The notes beneath the pieces were generated by a model. The model was not told where the DNA came from, ran no database searches, and worked only from the letters and a program-made list of their open reading frames with translations. From positions 214,086,001-214,150,000 of the forward strand of contig OZ024741.1 of assembly GCA_964016885.1 (NCBI GenBank): 64,000 nt of DNA, written 5' to 3'. Below are positions 29,146 through 42,746 of this stretch, piece by piece. The first letter of the stretch is position 1. Every line of letters starts with the position of its first letter. Both the position numbers and the translations under genes were made by a program. Source of the DNA: Eledone cirrhosa. Its lineage: Eukaryota.

Positions 29146-29680
29146 AATTGTTTCTACTTTTGGCACAAGGCCAGAAGTTACTCCAGTGCATTACTGGTAC
29201 TTTATTTTACCGGCCCCATAAGGATGAAAGGGAAATACAAGATGGACTGCATCTGTAACTCAAATGCCCAGCCATGTCACAGATACTGATTTCTAGTTCA
29301 GGCACAGGGCCAGTAATTTGGAGGGAAGGGAAAGTCGATTAAATCGACCCCAGTGCTTGACTGGTACTTTATTTTATCGACCCCGTAAGGATGAAAGACA
29401 AAGTTAACCTCGGTGGGATTTAAACTCAGATCATAAAGGGCCGTAACTCTTTGTTGCAAACAATGGCGTCCGTTTCTCTACCGATACTGCCAGATAATTG
29501 TTTCTATTTTAGGCACAAGGCCAGCAAATACCCAGTACATTACTGGTACTTTATTTTATCGACCCCGTAAGGATGAAAGGCAAAGTTAACCTCGGCGGGA
29601 TTTGAACTCAGATCATAAAGGGACGTAACTCTATGCTTCAAAGCATGGTCTCCGACTCTCTACCGATACTGCCAATCCAC
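29146..29680 (-). mobile_element. Three head-to-tail SINE family A copies
   Basis: Diagnostic ACTGGTACTTTATTTTA at about 29193, 29360 and 29543. Confidence 0.85.
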
Positions 29681-30750
29681 CCTACAGTTAATGTCTTAGA
29701 GATTCTGTCGGGGATTACCTCAAGTCACAGGTTTTGTCCTTGGGAGAATGTACTTAGGTTGCGCTCTTATTCAAGCGAACAGTGTACTGTGTCAATGAAT
29801 TGTTTCCATTTCCTCCCTCCCTCTCCTCCACTCTCCCACTCTCTCCCCCTCTCTCTCTCCACCTCTCTCTCCTCGCTCTCTCTCTCCCCCTCTCTCTCTC
29901 ATTCATTAATCAATCTGCCTTCCTATGTCTTCATTCCGGAAATACGTAATCCCTTCTCAAAACCCCCTGCACATCACACACTCATACACAAACACACACT
30001 CACACACGGACATACATACATACACACATAGTTACACACAAACACGCACGCACATACACACATACACACACAATCACACATTCATACACGCACACAGGTG
30101 TATACACATATACGCACACAGATACATGCACACATACATTCATACACACGCACTGAAATACGCGCACACGTACATAGACACACACATGCACACAGATACA
30201 TACACACAAACACACACTCATCCACGCATACAAACACGCATTCGCACACGCACATAGATACGCACTCATACACACCCAACACATACACATATCCCCACCA
30301 CCACCACCACCACTCAATACACACAGTGAACATAATATATCCAGATTGGAGATTGTGGATTACTAAGTTAACCATCAATAATAGGGGTTATCTTAACCAT
30401 TTCTCTGTTATCAATAACTTCAACAACAATAACAACAACAAGCAATGCATAATAACAACAACAAAAGCATAATAACAACAGCAACAAAAACTACAGACAA
30501 TAATATCAACATCAACAACACTTACCATAGCAACAACGACAGCAGCAACAACAACACAACAGCACCACCACCACCATTTCCACTACCACCATCAGCAGAA
30601 AGAACAGCACAAAAAAATGACAGCAGCAACAACAGCAGCAGCACTATTACATCACCATCACCAACAGCAAGAGCAGCACACACACACACACACACAAAGG
30701 ACAGCAACAACAACAACAATCTCAATAACCATAACAACAAACAATATTTA

Positions 30751-31340
30751 CAAAAATCGTCATCACAACTGCGACCAAAACCGCAGTCATCACAACAACC
30801 GTGACCAAAACCGCAGTCATCACAACAACCGCAACCAAAACCGCAGTCATCACAACAACCCTGACTAAAACCGCAGTCATCACAACAACCCTGACCAAAA
30901 CCGCAGTCATCACAACAACCCTGACTAAAACCGCAGTCATCACAACAACCGCAACCAAAACCGCAGTCATCACAACAACCGCAACCAAAACCGCAGTCAT
31001 CACAACAACCCTGACTAAAACCGCAGTCATCACAACAACCCTGACAAAAACCGCAGTCATCATAACAACCGCAACCAAAACCGCAGTCATCATAACAACC
31101 GCAACCAAAACCGCAGTCATCACAACAACCGCAACCAAAACCGCAGTCATCACAACAACCCTGACTAAAACCGCAGTCATCACAACAACCCTGACCAAAA
31201 CCGCAGTCATCATAACAACCGCAACCAAAACCGCAGTCATCACAACAACTGCAACCAAAACCGCAGTCATCACAACAACCGCAACCAAAACCGCAGTCAT
31301 CACAACAACCGCAACCAAAACCGCAACCAAAACCGCAATT
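30751..31340. repeat. 30-bp minisatellite CCGCAGTCATCACAACAACC(GCA/CTG)AC(C/T)AAAA, about 19 units
   Basis: Exact 30-bp periodicity. Confidence 0.97.
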
Positions 31341-31899
31341 ATCACAACATGAACACAACACCAACACTAACAACTACCACAAGAACAAATACAATTACAA
31401 TCACCACCACAACTACAACATTCACTACCAGAACAACAACCACCAGAACCACCACCACCACCACCACAACATCAACATTAACTACCACAACAACGTTCAC
31501 TACCACCACCAAAACAACATTCACCACTACGACAACTACCACAACAACATTCACCACTACAACCATTACCACAACAACATTCACTACCACCACCACACCA
31601 ACAACTTTCACCACTACGGCAACTACCACAACAACATTCACCACTACAACCACTACCACAACAACATTCACTACCATCACCACACCAACAACTTTCACCA
31701 CTACGACAACTACCACAACAACATTCACCACTACAACCACTACCACAACAATATTCACTACCACCACCACACCAACAACTTTCACCACTATAACCACCAC
31801 CATAACAACAATCACTACCACAACATTCACTACCACTACCATAACAGCAACAACCATCACTATCTCAACAGCAATGGCTGCAACAACAGATGAGCAATT

Positions 31900-32045
31900 G
31901 TAAGCGGTCATTTACTTCCGGTATAACGAATCACATGCGGTATTATTCCCATCAATACACGCCATCTGTTGCCATGTGTCTGTACTAAAGGCCCATTCTT
32001 CATCTGAAATTAAAAAAAAATGAAAAACAAAAATGGCGGCTAATC
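31900..32045. promoter_or_regulatory. Putative promoter island (ETS and YY1 motifs)
   Basis: ACTTCCGG at 31914, CGCCATCT at 31960 and AAAATGGCGGC at 32030, in unique sequence between repeats. Confidence 0.4.
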
Positions 32046-32429
32046 CCTTGAGTTTATTTATATCTTTTTTACTTGAATTCCTTTTATTGTATTGTTGTTA
32101 TTGTTGTTGTTGTTGTTATTTAATGGCTGATTAAAAATAGGTTTTGATGCATAAGGACATTTGATAGGACGGATAACTTGGATGGGACATGGACAGAACT
32201 GATAATGCGTCTGTCTGACTCTCTCTCTCTCACTCTTTCTTTCCTTGACTCACTCTATATTTCTCTCTCTCCTCCTCCTCTCTCTTACTCTCTCTCCTTC
32301 TTTCTCTCTCTCCTTCCCTCTCTCTACTTCTCTCTCTCTCCTTCTCTCTCTCTCATTCCCTCTTTATCTCTCACTATTTTCACTCCCTAACTCTTTCCAT
32401 CTATCTTCCTCTCTCTCTATCTATCTATC

Positions 32430-32467
<38 letters not shown>

Positions 32468-32720
32468 CCTCTCTATCAATTTCTCTTTTTCTCTCTCTCT
32501 ATTTCCCTCTCTTTCTCTCTGTCCCTCTCTCTCACTATATATATATGTGAGTCTGTCAGTCAGTCTATCTCTTAGTTCTTATCTATCTATCTCTTAATCT
32601 TTGCATCTCTAATTATCTCTCTAAGTCTATCTACTTCTAACTATCGCTCCTTGGTGCATGTATGCAAATGGTATACACACATATATACATTTATACACGC
32701 ATACGTATATATACACACAC

Positions 32721-32785
<65 letters not shown>

Positions 32786-32933
32786 GGTTGACGGAACTAG
32801 CATGGGTTTCACTGCTAGGACCGGTTGCATCTCAGTGTACTCAATGGGTAATGTTAAATAAACTCCTAGAGTAGACACATAGTTATTCGCTTCAATACAA
32901 CGCACATAAATGGGTACCTTCAATTATTACCCG

Positions 32934-32964
<31 letters not shown>

Positions 32965-33069
32965 AGAATAGGATGAAAGCAAGAACGGTGGGAGGAGGAG
33001 GGTTTCCTCATCAGTTGTCTACTGGGGTCTCGGATATCTCAATGCTTTAAAGACAAATATATATATATA

Positions 33070-33393
33070 TCTTCTATATATATAAAAGCGAGGATGTGTG
33101 TGTGTCTGTAGACAACTTTGGATAGCTAAGGCTTTTACAATTCCCTACCGAATTTGACCAAATTTTCTGTGCACGTTGCACCTGTCGCTAAGATGGTCAC
33201 ACCACAAAATATTTTCAAATCGACCCACGTTGAGCAATAAAAAATCGATAGCAAAATTATTCATTTGCATTAATTATTGAAGACTTCTGCTTATTTTGAC
33301 AGGTTGGGGACAAATAATTTTCTTCTTTTACTTCCTAGCTGTATATTCTTAGCATAATTTCAAACCCCGGACAACGCCGGGTAAATCTGCTAG
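33070..33393 (+). mobile_element. Complete non-autonomous Helitron
   Basis: 5' TCTTCTATATATATAAAAG, 3' hairpin CCCGG-ACAACG-CCGGG then CTAG, inserted at A|T within (TA)n. Confidence 0.85.
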
Positions 33394-33545
33394 TATATAT
33401 ATATATATATAGTATTTCGCTTCAAGCAAATATGTATAGAAATTTCGTATTTCTAAAGAAACGCGGTTTTAGGAAGCCGTAGCTATGTGGACAATGGGGC
33501 TAACGCTCTCTGGTGATGTCCAGCAGAAGCAAGGGGGACAACCGT

Positions 33546-34932
33546 CTATGCATGGGACAAGTACAATGGGGGGAGTTTACATAAAAAGGCGTCCTCAATA
33601 AGGAGGAGGCAATAATAAAATATAAAAATATAAAATATAAAATATAACAAAAATAAATTGAATAACAAAATCCTTAATAGGGAGGAGGCGCCTTGGGGGG
33701 TCGCACACACCCCCGAAAAAGTGTGCAACTCTTCTCCTCAGGAGCACAGAGAGAGTGCTCCCTTGATCGTTCATCTTTCTCACCTACAGTCTGATGTAGA
33801 GTGAAGGCCCATTCACACGAGCCATTCTCGCCACTTTCACCCATCTTTCATAAAAACGGCTGGGGTGCAGCATCTCTCTCTCCACCCTGATCCTTCTTCC
33901 GAAATCATATCGGAAGATAACGGACAGTTGTTGGCCAGAGAGAAACGTGTCTGACCTCACTCCTTTCAGACGCGTCCACCATACAACCTCTTTCACCATG
34001 GCTATTACGCACAGAAACACCGCCTCTCCTTCGTTTTTGAAGAGGGGAGGCGGCTTGATCGTTACAATAGACTCGGTGGTCAACCGGATCGGTCCCACCC
34101 GTGACAGCAGTCGTTCGACATAGCCCCACAGATCGGCAATGCCCGAGCAGTGTACCAATGCATGTGCAACGGTTTCCTCATCGCACACGCATCTGGGACA
34201 GATCTTTTTCGAGGGGTCCCTACCCGGGCGCCCATGTCTGTAGACCTTTCCTCGAACGGGCAGAGCTCCTCAGTAGCCCTGCCAGGCCAGGGACCTCTGG
34301 AAGTTATCCATAGGTCCCGGGCTGAATGTCCTACCGAACAGGATGGCCAGTTCGTTTTCCTCCATGCCCTCTATAGAATGACGAGGTGGATTCTCCACTG
34401 ACAGCCGGGTCCGACTGCCAGAGAGCCGTGAGCGCCTGGACACACTCGGTGTGCCAGGCGCCCAGTTTTCTCGGTCTTTGCTTGACCCAGGACTGCAGCT
34501 CGGTGAGCGAGACGAGTCTGGGAAAGGCTCGCCTCACAAACGGGGCCCACACCATTTGACCGGTGAGGAATACCTGGAGGTGCCGTAGCCTTAATGCGTG
34601 TTTACGCATCATCAGCCATGGCCTCCCCAGCCCTCCCTTCGAAGGGTGTTGACAGCAGATGAATTTCCTCAACATAGGAGCCCGCTTCTTCCAAAGGAAT
34701 TGGAAGAGTACGCGCTCCATTTTGGCGAGCGTTTCCCTTGGGCAAGGCACAACGGTCAGGCGGTAGTAGATGACGGACGCTATATAAGTGTTCGCCACCT
34801 CCGCCCGACCTTTCAGGGACAGTTTGCACTCGGCCCACTTCTGTGTCAATCCAAACACCCTGTTCGTTACCTCACTCCAGTTCTTCTCCACCTGGAGGTC
34901 TGGTCCGAACCAGACCCCGAGCAACTTCACGG
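33546..34932 (-). mobile_element. 5'-truncated Tx1/L1-clade LINE (post-RT region and zf-RVT), inactivated
   Basis: LLGVWFG..LSLKGRAEVANTY..FLWKK..KGGLG and LAWQGY*GALPVR..CPRCVCDEETVAHALVHC. Contains a frameshift and an in-frame TGA. Confidence 0.9.
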
Positions 34933-34967
34933 GATAGATAGATATAGCCGTTTTTAAGAGCCAATGT

Positions 34968-35065
34968 TTCCGTCCGACTATTTATCCTGTGACCAAAGAA
35001 GTCGAGCCCACTGTTGCATAATAATATTTTTATGACTGAACACTGGCGAAACACGTGTAACGGAA
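34968..35065 (+). ncRNA. Degenerate minimal hammerhead in a PLE end abutting (CA)n
   Basis: Stem I TTCCGT/ACGGAA and GAAA-CACGTG-TA. The 5' core has decayed to CCGACTA. Confidence 0.4.
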
Positions 35066-35099
35066 TAAACATGTTAAACTGACATCTTTCTCATCTGGT

Positions 35100-35185
<86 letters not shown>

Positions 35186-35199
35186 ATGTGTATGTATAT

Positions 35200-35321
<122 letters not shown>

Positions 35322-35549
35322 GGAGTCTAGAGTCAGTTCGATCCACACACGGATCGCACCTCGAGCTGTTCGCCGGGGAAACAATTGTAACACACAATAA
35401 ATTAAATTCCGATGCATCACTGATTTTTCGTTTTCCATTCTATATAATAGAGAGAGAGAGAGAGAGAATGGAAAAGATATAAATACCACAACATTTATTT
35501 TTGGAAAGCCAGACTCCTGATGATTTCTAAAGAATGAAACAGTCCTAGT

Positions 35550-35587
<38 letters not shown>

Positions 35588-35648
35588 ACTAGAACTGTTT
35601 CATATAATATATATGGAACTCTTTCAACCATCTTTTGATCTTATATAT

Positions 35649-35728
<80 letters not shown>

Positions 35729-35740
35729 CATATATACATA

Positions 35741-35808
<68 letters not shown>

Positions 35809-35828
35809 CATACATATATACATATATA

Positions 35829-35930
<102 letters not shown>

Positions 35931-36171
35931 GGTGGTAGAGCAACATATTATGTCAATATTGTTGTTGTTTATTTTTCCTAGGATATTTTCTTCACTCCAG
36001 TGCCAAAAGATGGCAGCTCTTTGGCAATTTCTAACAATGCCAACATGCTTTTTCAATTCCATCACACTCACACACACACTCACACACACACGCACATGCG
36101 CACGCACTGAGGGGCACATGTACCGATATACAGGGTGGGAAAGAGATAAAGATAGATATCTAAAGATAGAT

Positions 36172-37002
36172 ATCTTTGTTTATTTGCCACAGGGGCGTAC
36201 AAAACTGGGACATTACAAGACGTGACGGCGGGGGTTTTACATAAAATCTTTAACAATGATAAATAACAATAAACTATATAAAAATAAAACAATAGAACTC
36301 CCCATTAGGGGGGGGGGTAACGCTACAGCGGGGTTGTTTTACACCCCGTGGATAGAACAACCTTCAACACCAGGAACACGTTTTGTAGGTGTTACCGTCT
36401 TCCCTCTGTTTATCTTCCTCAACCTACAGGTATATACAGAGAAGGCCCATTCACTCGGGCCATTTTTGCCACATTCACCCACCTTTCAGCGAATTTACTG
36501 GGGTGTAGTACCTCTCTCTCTCCACTCTCATTTTCCTTCTGAAGTGGTACTTAAAGAAGGGGATAAGTTGTTGTCCAGAGAGAAAGGTGTTTGCCCTCAG
36601 TCCTTTTAACCTCGTCCACCATATTACCTCTTTCGCCATAGCCACCAGACAGAGGAAGACCGCCTCTCAATCTTAAATGAAGGCGGCGGGGTGATCCTCA
36701 CGATGGACTCGGCTGACAACTGGATGCGTCCCACACGTAACAGAGCTGTTCGACATAATTCCACAGGTCGGTCACCCCTGGGCACTGAACAATTGCGTGC
36801 AGAAGGGTTTCGATGTCCTGCTCGCATTTTGGACAGGTCCTTTTGGCAGGATCTCTGCTAGGGCGTCCGTGCCTGTAGATTTTGTCTCGAGCTGGTAGAG
36901 CTCCTCGGTAGCACTGCCAGGCCAGTGACCTCTGGAAGTTATCCATAGGCCCTGGATGGAAAGTCCTCCCGAACAGACTGGTCAGTTCGTCTTCCTCGAT
37001 GC
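36172..37002 (-). mobile_element. Second Tx1-like LINE 3' fragment
   Basis: MDNFQRSLAWQCYRGALPARDK..CPKCEQDIETLLHAIVQC. Its 3' end AATAAA..GATATCTATC runs into a GATA tract. A third tail is at 37110-37208. Confidence 0.88.
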
Positions 37003-37236
37003 CTAGAGTTTCCCCGAAAACGTCGTCACACTTAAAGATAGATAAATAGATAGACCGACCGACATAGACACAGTTGTAGTGAGATAGTGAGATAGATAGA
37101 TAGATAGATATATTTCTTTATTAGCCACAGGGGCACAAAAGAAGTGGACAAATACAAAGGGGAAGTTTACATACAATAAAAACGTGTAAAATACTATCAC
37201 AAATGTAAGATAGATAGATAGGTAAGTGGGTAAATG

Positions 37237-37314
<78 letters not shown>

Positions 37315-37544
37315 CAATCATACACAGATATAAAACTTGTGTAAGATGATAAGTGAAAGAATCTGCCTGAAATCCTTCAGCTCAAAGAAATTTCTACAGA
37401 CATAAGTTTAGGGCTCACACGTGGATTGACGTTGGAATCTCTTCCTTAATCCCCTGACCCTTTATTCTCCACCTCCTTCCACAACCCCCTAATACCTCAC
37501 TTAATCTTTTAAGCCATTCTCTACCTGACGCACCGAGTGCCGGC

Positions 37545-39700
37545 TTCAATAACAACAAGAACAGCTGTAGCAATAACAGTAACTGTGGCGATAACAACAG
37601 CAACAGTACCAACAACAGCTACAATAACAACAACAGCTACAGAAACAGCAAAAGAATCAACAGAAACAATAAAAGCAACAGCAGCAACAACAATAACAAC
37701 AGCAACAACAATAACAACAGCAACAACAATAACAACAGCAACAACACTAACAACACTAACAACAATAACAACAACAACAACAATAACAACAGCAGGAAAC
37801 TTAACAACAGCAGTAAAAATAATAGCAATAACAGCACCAACAACAACATCCACAACAACATCCACAACAACAAACACAACAACAACAACAAACACATCAA
37901 AAACCACAAAAGCAATAACTGCAGCAGCAGTAACAACAACAACAACAACAGCAACAGCAGCACCGTCAGCAGCACCGTGTCAATAAAAACAAACATGAAC
38001 GCCAAGCCAAGAAACTTAAACGATCTGTTATCTCTTTAAGGTGGATGTTGTTGTTGTGTTGGTGGTGGTGGTGGTGGGGTGGTGTAGCGGTGTTGGGAGT
38101 TGCTATGGTGGTGGTGATGGAGGTCTCTGGTTGTGGTGTTGTTGGTGGTGCTGGTAGTGATGGTGGTGCTGGAGAAGGTGGTGGTGTTGTTGGTGGTGTT
38201 GGTAGTGATGGTGGTGCTGGAGAAGGTGGTGGTGGTGGTGGTGGTGGTGCTGGTAGTGATGGTGGTGCTGGAGAAGGTGGTGGTGGTGGTGGGTGTTGGA
38301 GGAGAAGGTGGTGGTGGTGGTGGTGATGGTAGGGCTGGAGGAGGAGGTGGTGGTGGTGCTGGTAGTGATGGTGGTGCTAGAGAAGGTGGTGGTGTTGTTG
38401 GTGATGCTGGTAGTGATGGTGGTGCTGGAGAAGGTGGTGGTGGTGGGTGCAGGAGGAGAAGGTGGTGGTGGTGGTGATGGTAGGGCTGGAGGAGGAGGTG
38501 GTGGTGGTGGTGGTGGTGGTGGTGTAGGTAATGGTGGTGTATGTAATGGTGGTAGTGTAGGTGGTAGTGTTGGAACTGGTGGTGGTGATGGTGGTGGTGT
38601 AGGTAATGGTGGTGTATGTAATGGTGGTGGTATAGGTGGTAGTGTTGGAACTGGTGGTGGTGGTGGTGTAGGTAATGGTGGTGTATGTAATGGTGGTGGT
38701 GTAAGTGGTAGTGTTGGAACTGGTGGTGGTGATGGTGGTGGTGTAGGTAATGGTGGTGTATGTAATGGTGGTGGTGTAGGTGGTAGTGTTGGAACTGGTG
38801 GTGGTGGTGGTGGTGGTGTAGGTAATGGTGGTGTATGTAATGGTGGTGGTGTAGGTGGTAGTGTTGGAACTGGTGGTGGTGGTGGTGGTGGTGTAGGTAA
38901 TGGTGGTGTATGTAATGGTGGTGGTGTAGGTGGTAGTGTTGGAACTGGTGGTGGTGGTGGTGTAGGTAATGGTGGTGTATGTAATGGTGGTGGTGTAAGT
39001 GGTAGTGTTGGAACTGGTGGTGGTGGTGGTGTAGGTAATGGTGGTGTATGTAATGGTGGTGGTGTAAGTGGTAGTGTTGGAACTGGTGGTGGTGGTGGTG
39101 GTGGTGTAGGTAATGGTGGTGGTGTAGGTGGTAGTGTTGGAACTGGTGGTGGTGGTGGTGGTGGTGTAGGTAATGGTGGTGTATGTAATGGTGGTGGTGT
39201 AGGTGGTAGTGTTGGAACTGGTGGTGGTGGTGGTGGTGGTGTAGGTAATGGTGGTGTATGTAATGGTGGTGGTATAGGTGGTAGTGTTGGAACTGGTGGT
39301 GGTGGTGGTGTAGGTAATGGTGGTGTATGTAATGGTGGTGGTGTAAGTGGTAGTGTTGGAACTGGTGGTGGTGGTGGTGTAGGTAATGGTGGTGTATGTA
39401 ATGGAGGTGGTGTAGGTGGTAGTGTTGGAACTGGTGGTGGTGGTGGTGGTGGTGTAGGTAATGGTGGTGGTGTAGGTGGTAGTGTTGGAACTGGTGGTGG
39501 TGGTGGTGGTGGTGTAGGTAATGGTGGTGGTGTAGGTGGTAGTGTTGGAACTGTTGGTGGTGGTGGTGGTGTATGTAATGGTGGTGGTGTAGGTGGTGGT
39601 GTAGGTAATGGTGGTGGTGGTGGTGGTGGTGTAGGTAATGGTGGTGGTGGTGGTGGTGTAGGTAATGGTGGTGGTGGTGGTGGTGTAGGTAATGGTGGTC
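37545..39700. repeat. (ACA)n tract followed by a (GGT)n-based minisatellite with a 63-72 bp unit
   Basis: GGTAATGGTGGTGTATGTAAT..GGTAGTGTTGGAACT repeated over 38520-39560. Confidence 0.92.
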
Positions 39701-40261
39701 GATTGAGAGAGGTAAGATAGTTAAAACGTGAAATATTTCACAGCTGTTGTCAGTGCTTTTGATTCTCCTCTCTCTCTCTTTCTCCCTCCCCCTCTCTCTA
39801 TTTCCCTCTTTGCTCTCTTTCCCCCTCTCTCCCCCCTCTCTCCCCTCTTTCTCTGTCCCATTATTCTCTCACTCTCTCTCCTATCTCACTCTATACTCTC
39901 TCTCTCACTCACACTCTCTCTCTCACTCAATCTCTCTCTCACTCCCTCTCTTTCACTCTGACTCTCTCTCCCCCCTCTCTCTCCCCCTCTCTCTCTCTCT
40001 TCCCTGGTCTGTAAAAGAGAAATCGTTACAGCCTCGTTTTCCCTTCATACATACATATATTACACATACTCATATGCACACACATACATACGCATACATA
40101 GTCATATGCATACACACACATATCTATATATATGTACATACACACATATACACATATATCTACATATATCTAGAAACATACATAAACACACACGCCTATA
40201 TATATATATATATATATATAAATATGTTTGTATATGTATGTATGTATATACATATATATAA

Positions 40262-40312
<51 letters not shown>

Positions 40313-40503
40313 TATGTGTGTATGTATGCATGTATATGTATGTGTGCTTGTGTATGTATGCATGTATACGTATGTGTGCTTATGTATGTATGAATGTATA
40401 TATGTAAATATATATACATTCATACATACATATACGTACATACACACACATATATATATACTTGCCTATACACACACATATATACATACATATATATATA
40501 TAT

Positions 40504-40546
<43 letters not shown>

Positions 40547-40879
40547 CATATATATATATAAGCATACATACCTATATACAAACACACACACCTATACAAA
40601 CATATACATATATATATAACAACAAAACTGACTCATTTTCTCCTCCATTTCACTTGTAACGTTTGTTATTCACAGCTGATGTCTTCTAAATCCAGCCCCC
40701 TACCATACATCCCCCTCCCCTAACACACAGCATTTAACCCTTAATGGTGCTTTGTACTCCATTGTATCAATCTTGAAGATACTTGGGCTCGTAATTAGGG
40801 TTCGAATCCTGAACATTGCTTCATGTTATATTCGTGAGCAAAACATTTCATTTCATGTTTCTTTACATGTTAGAAGTAA

Positions 40880-41650
40880 GTCCCCTATCACTGGGACATC
40901 ATAGAAGCCTCCATCTAAACTTACATATGTATGAGCTATATCAACAAGGTAAGACTGGAGTCCTATCACTAGAACACTCCAGCTAAATATACATGGATAT
41001 GACCTGTAACAACATAAGTCTGAGCCCTCTATTACTGGAACACCATAGAAAGCTCCATCTAAACTTACATATGTATGACTTGTAACAAAAGCACAAGACT
41101 GAGACCCCTATCACTGGAACAGCATAGAAAGCTCCAGCTAAACTTACATATGTATCAGCTGTATCAACAAGGTAAGACTGAGGTCCCTTTCACTGGGACA
41201 CCATAGAAATCTCCATCTAAACATACATATGTATGACTTGTAACAAAAAGACAAGACTGAGGCCCCAATCACAGGAGCACAATAGAAACCTCCAGCAAAA
41301 TTTACATATGTATGGCCTGTAACAAAATAAGACTGAGGCCGCTATCATTGAAATGCCCAAGAAGCTTCCTACGAGACACAAACTTTTAGGAGGCCATCTA
41401 ACACTATCTATGTATGAGCTGTGACAATAACAATGTGAAAGTACTGAGCCTCTATCATTAAAACACACAGAAAACCTATGAGCTGCAGACTCTGTAGGAT
41501 AACAGTTAAATCTACACAGATGTGAGTTGTAACCGCATGATAAGACTGTAGAGGTGAGGAGTATCAGTCTAACATTAAAACACCCAAGGAACATTCTATG
41601 AGCTCCTTCTTCATAGGATAACAGCTAAACCTATTTAGGTGTGAGCTATA
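40880..41650 (-). repeat. Satellite family S, opposite strand
   Basis: CCCCTATCA..GGAACA..CTCCATCTAAACTTACATATGTATGA units of about 75-110 bp. Confidence 0.75.
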
Positions 41651-42000
41651 AATTTAATTTTATTTCTCATTGGAAGAATGCAAAAGCCAATGTAGATATA
41701 CATACACAGGAATCTGAGTGAAATTTTACAAAAACGGAACAATTCTTCCTTCGAGTCCGTGAGGGAGGGGAAGATTCTTTCAAAATTAGATGGGACTAAA
41801 AAGTTTTTTTGTTTTTGGTTGGTCCTCCGTGACTCATTACTATGTCCCAGCTGAACTCCTCTTCTGACCCACGCTAAAATATGGCTGCATCAGACACTAA
41901 ATGCAATTTGCTTGAACAGTGAAAATGTTTCTATAAATATTTGAATTCGTGAATTCGAAAAAAAAAAAATTATTTTCATTGCTTTTTCTGTCACATCTAA

Positions 42001-42207
42001 GATATCAAATTTACCATAGAAGTCATCGAAGAAGGCATCGGAAACTTGCGTGATGAAAAGGCAGTCCTGATCAACAGATTAAGACCTTTCATTAACAGCA
42101 GACGCGAGTTACATGGAACAGATTTGGCTGTTTTCAATATATCCTTCTGTGCATGTCATCACGACCCTCCTCACAACCAAATAACTGCACAGAAAAAGTT
42201 CTGCTAG
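42001..42207 (+). pseudogene. Possible GIY-YIG endonuclease C-terminal remnant
   Basis: DIKFTIEVIEEGIGNLRDEKAVLINRLRPFINSRRE resembles the E...I...xPxxNxRxE tail. The match is weak. Confidence 0.35.
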
Positions 42208-42639
42208 CCATTACTACCAGACTTTATTTCTTTCTTTCGGAAAGAGAGGTCTAACCCCGAATATTAAAAGCGTAAATAGTCTTTAGTCTAGTTTTTACTT
42301 CTTGTATTTATTGTATAGCTTTATCAAAACAAACCTAAGCACATTTTTCACTATGTTCTCTATAGTTTATTTCTTTTACGTTTAAATAATTTATTCTTGT
42401 ATTATTATTGCAGTTCTTATTATGGTAGTTGTTATTGTTGTTATACGAGTAATCGCTCTTGTAGTCGGTATTCTAACTATTGTAGCTCTGTTATCATAAC
42501 CACGCCATCTACTATTTGGTAACATTGTAAATGTCCCTAACTCGTCACCATTTTTGGGAAGCGGGAGAAAGGGCAATGAAAAAATATATACAGTATATCG
42601 TCCTTCTTGTTGGAATTATAGCTGTAGTTTGTTGTTACT

Positions 42640-42694
42640 AGTAGTAGTAGTAGTGGTGATGGTGGTGGTAGTGGTGGTGGTAGTAGTGGTATGG

Positions 42695-42746
<52 letters not shown>

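Noticed and set aside
30751-31340. CRISPR array
   Set aside because: Contiguous tandem units without unique spacers, in a eukaryotic context.
38293-39720. 475-aa Gly-rich ORF resembling a structural protein
   Set aside because: A (GGT)n-derived minisatellite using almost only GGT codons. Similar tracts occur throughout the window.
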